Virus record (IMG/VR): IMGVR_UViG_3300027788_000006
Span: 1 to 64,000 of that record
Origin: a virus
DNA length: 64,000 bases
Strand: one strand, 5' to 3'
Under the pieces are notes generated by a model. The model was not told where the DNA came from. It saw only the letters and a program-made list of their open reading frames with translations, and did no database searches. Position numbers and translations under genes: made by a program. This document shows positions 39,777-48,700 of this stretch, in pieces. The first letter of the stretch is position 1. Every line of letters starts with the position of its first letter.

Positions 39777-42700
39777 TTAAAGAGATTGAGGAGTTAGACA
39801 ACAAAATGGATCTGACAGACACGCTGCTTGTGATGTATTAGGTCCCTCAACTGCAACCTCTGAGCAGTTACAGCTACCTGTACAACAAGCGATTATATTA
39901 ATTGTATCAGAATTTTCACTAGGAGATCCAAGAGCTCCTGAAATAATATTTGCAGTAGACGGAGTATTTGAAACTGTACTACTTTCTATACTTACATTAT
40001 AACCAGTTGCTGGATGACATCCATCAGAATTTGCAGGTAATATAAGACTTCCTGTTGGAACTCCAGCTAAGATAGCAGCATCTATATAAGTTTTCCAAGT
40101 ATTAAAGAATTGTCCTGGCATTCCTACATGTGTAATACTAGTTATCTTCTTTTTAACAAAGCCATTTAAACAACATCCAGCAGGATAAGCCCCACAAGGT
40201 TGTGCAGATTGGTAGTAATAATCATTGAAATTTGCAGTGATACCGTGTATAAGTACTAAAGCAGTTAATGCCATATCCTGATTAGGGAATGTAGTCCAAG
40301 GATCTAACTCAGTTGAGTCATAAGTATTTGTAGACAATAGAATACCTTCAGATATAAGTAACGTTACTGCGGTTCCAGTACAACTGTTTGTAGACGTATT
40401 TGCTTGTGGGATACAATCCCAATACTCTGCATCACAATAAATACAAGAGCCATCATCGATAGTTGCTCCTGAACTATAATTTGAAGCTCCTGGATCAGTA
40501 CAACCTTCTATGGCATATAGACAACTTCCATCATCACATGTTGCGGCAATATTATAATTTGAAGCTAGTGGATCTATACAGCCGTATATACAATATATAC
40601 ATGACCCATCATCTAACACAGCTAGGGGATCATAATTTTGAGCAGTAACATCTGTACATCCACATAGAGGCATAGTTGTTATAATAATAGGAGACATAAC
40701 TACAGTTCCTGCAGTACCACAAGATGGAGTAGTTGTTTCCGTATATGTGAATCTCCATTGACTGTTAGTAGTAACTAACTGTGTATGAAGAAGTGTGTTA
40801 AAACCGTTAGAGGTACCTGTTATAGAAGCTACTATAGTAGTCCAAGTTGCTCCATTGTCTAAAGATTGCTCTAAATATCCAGTGATAGACTGTCCAGGAT
40901 TACATGTCATATTCCATACAATACTAGAAGGTACTCCACATAGACTAGAAACAACTGTTGTAGCAGTTACCGCGCAAGCACAGAACCCAGGAACTATACA
41001 TAAAGTAGGATCACTTATTACATATTGTGCTGGTATAAGTGTAGTATTAAATGCAGCAGGGTCATCACAAGCAGGAGTTTGTATATCAAAAGTGAATGTG
41101 TTATCACATACTTGAGCAACACTCCAAACTGGAAGAGAAATAGTACTTATAACTATAGAATAACTTCCATAAGAAAGACCTACAGCAGAAAAGATTACTC
41201 CCGGCGCAGAAGAAGACGGACCACTCATTACTATATTACCCGTTGAATCAAATATAGTTATATATAATACCGCAGGTAATTGTACGTTAGGATTTATTCC
41301 CATAGTTAAAATAGCTGATCCTGTAAATGATCCTGTTGGATCTTCTATAGTAGTAGCTAATGAAGCTTGGAACCAATTCGTGGCAGTGTTTACTGAAGCA
41401 GCATCTATAACAAAAGCTTGCCCTGTACCCGATAAAGCTGGTCCCATCGCTGTAGTAAACCCACTACAGTATAAACAACTACCATCATCATTATTAGCGG
41501 TAGGATCATAATTTAAAGCTGTGGCAGATGTACACCCATTTAGAGGTGTTATACATCCTGCAGGACATGTTGCTAAAGGATCAAAATTTGTTGATCCAGC
41601 TCCAGACGCTGCGGTACCAGTTTGAGTTAAACATGTTATAGCACCAGGGTTTGCTACAGAGTCAGTTTCCCATATAGTACCACAATCCATACATCCACTT
41701 ACGCACAAATCAACACAACAATCATTATCTAATAATGGGTCTAGAGGTCCTGTATTTCCTTGAGCCGGATCACTACTATTGCAATCACATGTAGCTAAAG
41801 AATTATATTGAACAAATGCAGGGTTAGTACATCCATAAACACAATAATTACAACTACCATCATCTACACTTGCATAAGTAACATAATTATTTGCAGCTGG
41901 ATCAGTACATCCTTCATATATACAGGAACCGTCATCTGACGTTGCAGTAGGATTAGGATTAATTGGTAATATCCCTGGGTATGTAACTGTAGTAAGTATT
42001 GTAGCATAATCGTTTGGAGATTGAGAATTTATACCATTATAAGGTTCTAGACCATCCCAATAGTTTTGTGTTAATGCTCCAGTATCCATACATCCTGTTA
42101 AAGTATATTGACAACATCCATCACTTATAGTTGCTAAAACTGGTAACGTAGCACAGTTCTCATTATAATTATCTGCTGACGGATCTGTACAACCAGGTAC
42201 TAATAGACAAGAAGTACAATCTAATTCAAGAGGTATAGTTGGAGAAGCATCTATTAACTCACTGGTAGCATTTCCTGCAGGTGCTACATTATAACCATTA
42301 AACTTAAAGCAATCTCCATTACTTAATTTTATTACTGTTGCTCCTATAATAGGACCCCAAGTTAAATTTGCAGCAGGATAACCAGGCATTTGTATGGCCC
42401 CACTCTGATTAGTTCCTACCCAAGTTATAGTATTTGCTGAAGTAACAGCTACTCCTACATCTACTATATTATATAAATCTGTGGTACCACATTTTTCCCA
42501 TTCCATATACAAAGGAGGAGCAGAAGCACAAAGCGTACAGTCTGCATATACATCTGCAGGTCCTACTAAAGTATGATTATTACCTAACTCATATTCTCCT
42601 AACATAGTAGTATAACCATGATGAGTTGCAGCATTATAAGGCGAGGGTCCCATATATTCAATACAGTATGATCCAACACCACTTGTATGTCTTATATTAA

Positions 42701-45700
42701 GGACATCTCCAATAACTATAGGAGCTCCATTTTGAGCTACTACGTAATTATAGAATATTCCATTATTTAAAGCAGTATTTGCTAACGGGTATACAGAAGT
42801 AGGATCTCCTATCATATTAACAATATCCTCTGCACAATCTGCCCACACTATAGCGGGAACCCAAGAAGAAGGGCACACACACATTTTCCATTCATGAAAA
42901 ACAGCTGAGCAATCTATACAATTAAAATAAAACGGTAGTAGTAAGAAATTAGCGGAAGAGTAATTTATAATAGTTCCAAGAGTATTAGTTACAGATATTC
43001 CTACATACTCATAACAATCATTAAGATATTGAATGGTATTACCTGGTGAAGGACTACCTACAGCTATATAATAATCATTACTCTCACTACCTGCTCCAGT
43101 AGCTCCCATTTCAACGAATGTATATTCTACTAAAGTGTTACAATCTCTCCATGTATGTATAGGGTTACCCGGAGTACAAGGTCCCGGACATACAGCACAT
43201 TGATCAACATTTGAATTAAGGTATCCACCTATCGTTGGATATGACATAATATTTCCTGCTGTTGGTATTGTTGTTGATGTAGTACAATCATATACTGCAC
43301 TAGCATCATAACCATTTACGTCTGGGTATAAACCTGGAGTTAGATCAGTACATCCAAGAGGCCCTGTAGGAGTATATGTATATTGTAGTTCAATTGTACA
43401 AGTAGAACCTGCATATGTTATAACTGCTTCTGCTTTATATATCTCTGAGCCTGGTGTAGTATGTAAATTAGCAAATGGTAATATTTCATTAATAGATGTG
43501 TTTGCGCTTACTACAGTTGCAGTAGTTAATAAAACCCAAGCAGTACCTGCAGTATCCCACATATACCAGTTGATAACATGACTTACTGTTATTGGACTAC
43601 AAGTTGCTGTAAACAATAAATCTGGGGTACAAGTATTAACTGTAGTAGACGAAGGATCTAAACCTATAGTATCTGGAGTACAACATGAAGATGATATACA
43701 AGTTCCGTCATCACAAATAGCTAAAGGATCATAATTTGTTGCTGTAGGGTCAGTACAACCACAAGGGTTAAAAGTTAAAGTATCTGTAGCGGATATTAAT
43801 TGACATGTTGCTCCTCCTACATAAGTTATATCAAACACTACTCTATAATCTCCAGTACCATATGTACCAAAAGTATTTGTAGTACAACTGTAATTATATG
43901 TATTTGATACTCCTGCTGTAGCATTTGCTGCGGCAGTAGTAGTCTCTGTAAGTACATCTGAAATTTGCCATGTTGTTCCATCCCAGAATTGTAAAGTAGA
44001 TACTATTGTTTCCGCATACTCGGATACTGCACAAGTTAATGTAGAAAGGTATTCTAAAGTACATCCTCCTGGATTATTATTAGCCGTAGCTGTAAATGTA
44101 GGAAGACTACAACAAGGATAAGTACATGACCCATCGTCACATGTTGCAGCTGCATTATAGTTAGTTGCATTTGCATCAGTACAACCACATATATAAGTTG
44201 GCGTCGTAATTACACTCGTTGTACAAGTATCAGTTGTTCCATTAGTAAACGTAACAGTTACCGTTGCATCATACGTGGTATTCATTGCATAGGCAACAAC
44301 AGGGGTTCCACATGCGTCAACACCATTTGATGTAGCTGCTAATGAAGTCATTGAGGAACTACCTGACGCCATTGTGGTATTTGTTGTAGCATCTTCAATA
44401 ACCCATGCCCAACTAGCTACAATGTTAGAACTGCTGTCTGAAGCTGTTAATACAAGATCGTCTATACATCCTGCAGACGTTATATTAAGTGCTAAAGCAC
44501 ATGTTATAGCACCTGAATAAATACACGTATCTGGGCACGTAGCTGTAGCATCATAATTAATGGCAGCAGCATCCATACATCCACATATTCGTCTAACATA
44601 TGTTACTGTATTTGATTGTATAGTTTCTGTATGACCATTTGCATATGTTATAACATATTGAATGGCATAATCTCCGTTAAGAGGGAAGAAGAATGTGCTA
44701 CAATCTTCTATAAAAGTTAATCCATATGTATCAGTACCAGTTGATGATAAAGGTAATGGTAAAGCAATTAAAGTAGCAGCTCCTGCAGGGTCTGATATTA
44801 TTTGGAAAGTAGCTGATGCTGTATCCGCTAAAGCAGATGCATTAGTATCAGATGTACTTAAAATAATTGTATTATTACAACCCGTTACTGTTTGACTTAT
44901 AAGAGCTGTAGTTACTGGGTATACACAGCAATCATTTGCAGACCCTGAATTACAAGTACATATATTTGTAACATCATAATTAAATGCGTAAGTACTATTG
45001 TCTGTACAACCTGTAACACAACAGGCAGTAATAGTTGATGTAGCTGTACCAGTACATCCAGAAGCATCTATAACTACACAATTATAATCTCCAGGAACTA
45101 GTCCAGTAAGATTTTGATTCGTAGTTTGTGCTCCAGGAACGACACCACCACTAGCAGCAGTCCAAGCATAAGTATATGGAGGGGTTCCAGGAGCTACAGT
45201 TTGAGTAATAGTTCCATTATCTATAGGTAAATTATTAGCACAAGTATTAGTTTGCCCTAGAGTTACACTAGTTGGAGGAGCTGGGAATGTTAGTGTATCT
45301 GTATACACACATCCAGTTATATTTTCTGTCCAAGTACATGTAACAGACCCTCCCCCTGTAGGTATTATTATACTTCCAAGATTAGATGAAACTGCCCCAT
45401 TTAAACTTCCTGTCCAAGCATAAACACCTAGACAACCTCCACAGTTTAATACTGTAGCAATTAATATAGTCCCTAAGCCACAAGCCGAAGCAACAGCTGC
45501 TACTGTCAGAGTTGCACTACAGAAATCGCAACAAATATCACATGTGGGAACTACTGTTAATCCTGTTGCACAATCCTCATTAAAGTTATCTGCTGTTGCG
45601 TCCATGCAACCACAAACCATATTAGCATTCAAAGGTACGGTCATAGGAGGACCATAAACAGTACCAGTAACTCCATTTGGAAGTGTGTAGTTAAGAGCAG

Positions 45701-48700
45701 ATGTATAAACTTGACCAGGTATAAGATTCCAAGCTGCATAATTAGTTATCGAATCATTAAATCCGCCACCACATGCTACAGCGAAATTAGTATTGTAAAC
45801 ATTGGGATTTGTTATACCAATACCAGTAGTGAAATTACCAGCTACAGGAGTACCTCCAGAGTCTATAAAATAAAAATCGTCCGGACCTACAGCATCTCCC
45901 CCACTTGTAAGTATATTCATGTCAACTAAACATGGGACATCAGTTGCTATAGTAGAAATTATTGTAGGAAGTATGTAAGGAGTACAGTCAATTATTATTC
46001 CTGTGTATGTTACAATACACCCAGTAGAATCTGTTATAACACATGTATAAGTACCTGTAACAGTTAAATTAGAAATATTTTGTGTAGTCGCCCCATTACT
46101 CCATAAAAAACTATAAGGAGCTGTTCCCATGGCTACTGTTAAAAGTATCTCACCGTCTTGCGCTATAGAAGTATCCAGACAAGTTATAACATCATTAACC
46201 GTTGTAAAACAATAATCACAACAATCATCACATGTAGGAACTACTGTATTTCCTAAACAATCTTCATTAGTATTAGAGGCTGTAACATCCATACATCCAT
46301 GAACATTATTATCTGCAATAGTAAATGGTACGGTGCAAACACCAGATAAACCATCACCATAAACCCCCACAGTATGAGCACCAACCTGCGTTAGGGTTGA
46401 GTAAGTATGAGGCCACGTTATTGGGGCACCCAATATATGCCCAAATTGTCCTCCAGTAGGAGCAGTAAGATAGAAAGTATAATTAGGGCCAGAAACAAAT
46501 CCTGGAGTTATAAGATCTACTGTAACTGATCCAACACCAGTACAATCTATATCAGTAGATACAACGTCTAGATACCAGCATGTTCCATCATCACAAGCAG
46601 CCATCGCATTATAATTACACGCTGTTGGATCAGTACAGCCTGATAGCTGAGGATCATTATATATAGTGAAACCCCGAGAAAAAGTACACCCATTACTCAT
46701 AACACAGATAGCGGTATAACCACCTGCAGCAAGATTAGTATCCGCTAAAAGAGTAGAACTATAACTATTAGGTCCTGTAACAACTGTTGATAGTATTGTT
46801 ATTGCTGGTATAGTAGTTCCCGGATATAGTTGGTATGATCCTCCTGTAGGAGGTGGTGAAGCTGGAGGACAGTACATTATATCTCCTGTAACAACATGAA
46901 CCAGAAGAGATACTATTTGAGGAGAATATACAGGTTGATAAACCCCTACTGTTTCTGTACATCCAAAAGAATCTGTAATATGACAAACGAATTGACATGT
47001 ACCATTATAATCAAATGGAGTATTTCCTACCCATTTATTTAAATCAGAGGAAGTAAAAGTAGCGTTTGTAGTTTGATATGGCCAAGGAATTGGTATACCA
47101 GGATTAGTCAAGTCTTCCCAAACAAAAGTAAATGGAGGAGTTCCTCCAGCAACAGTTACAGTAGCCCCCGATGAATTACATACTTCAGGTGTTAGTGTTG
47201 CATTCCATGTACAAGGATCTGGATAAGTACAAGTGTTCAGACTACAAGTACAAGTAGCACAGTAATTAGTTCCTAAAGGATCCGTACATCCACATTCAGG
47301 AAAGTCTATATATATACCATCACCTTCTGCAGTACAAATTAAACCATTTGAATCAGTTGTTACAATAACAACTCTATAAGTTCCATCTAAACCTCCATTT
47401 TGGAAATCATCTACAGGAGTAAGTGGAGTGTTACAAGCATATTGCCAATGTATATAACTATTAATACTAGGTGAGGCAACTACAACTGAATTTGTGGTTA
47501 CCCAAGCAGATCCATTCCAAAATTGTACATGATGTACTTGAGCTATTAATGTTACAGTTGGAGACCATCCACAAGATAAATATGATCCATAATAAACTAG
47601 ACAAGGGGTTATAAGCGAATTCGTAGTAAAATGTGCATCAGGGGTAGTACAACAGCTTGGCCCTGGAGGGTATAAACATGAACCATCATCAGTTGTACAA
47701 GTAGGACAATAGTTAGCCGGTTGCGCCCCAGGATAATTTGCTATACCTGTTATAACATCATAAGCTATTCCAGTTGTATTAGAGGCAGGATCAGTCCACC
47801 AAGTTTGACCTTGATTTACAAATGTACCATCATCTGTACATCCAGTATTACCATACACACAACAACAGTCACAAGTAGCTGCAGCATTATAATTAGTAGC
47901 TATAGGATCAGTACACCCACAATTTACAGGCGCATTATTTGTAGAACTTATAAGAGCAGGTGCTCCAGCGTTATGACCAAAAGGTCCCGTAGTAGTTACA
48001 GTAGTTGTATTAATATAATGGATCTGCATATATAATACAGGAGTAGTAGGTAAGAAGGGCGTTATAGCAGCTGTAAATCCTTGTCCAGCACAATCATCTG
48101 TTCCTAAATCCTGGACAAATGAATTTCCTAACTGTGCCTGGAAAATCGTCATTATTAATGTGTCTCCCCCTGGAGTATTATCCATATCCAACCATATCTC
48201 TACACGATCAACTTGAGCACATGGAATACCAGCCCCCCAATTTGCTACTAATGATACTTCACAAGTAGTATCTACAAATGTAAGAGTTGGATCTGGTTGG
48301 GTAACGTAAGTACAACTACCATCATCACAAGTAGCCAAAGCATCATAGTTACAAGCTAAAGGATCTATACACCCATTTACAAAACCATCAGAAACAATGG
48401 CAGGGATAGGGCTATTAACACAACTATTTACATCCGTAATTATTAATGAATATGTACCTGCTATAAGTCCTGTTAAATTTTGATTAGTGCTTTGTCCCGC
48501 TGGAACTACGCCTCCACTTGAAGCAGACCAAGAGAAAGTATAAGGAGCAACACCTCCCGCAGGAGTAGGAGTTATAGATCCATTGGCAACTAAACAGTCT
48601 GTATTATCAACAACCAACGTCGGGATCATAGTAACTATAGATGGCTCTGTTATAGTCCAACTTGTAGTTAATAAACAGTTATTATTATCGAGTATATCAA

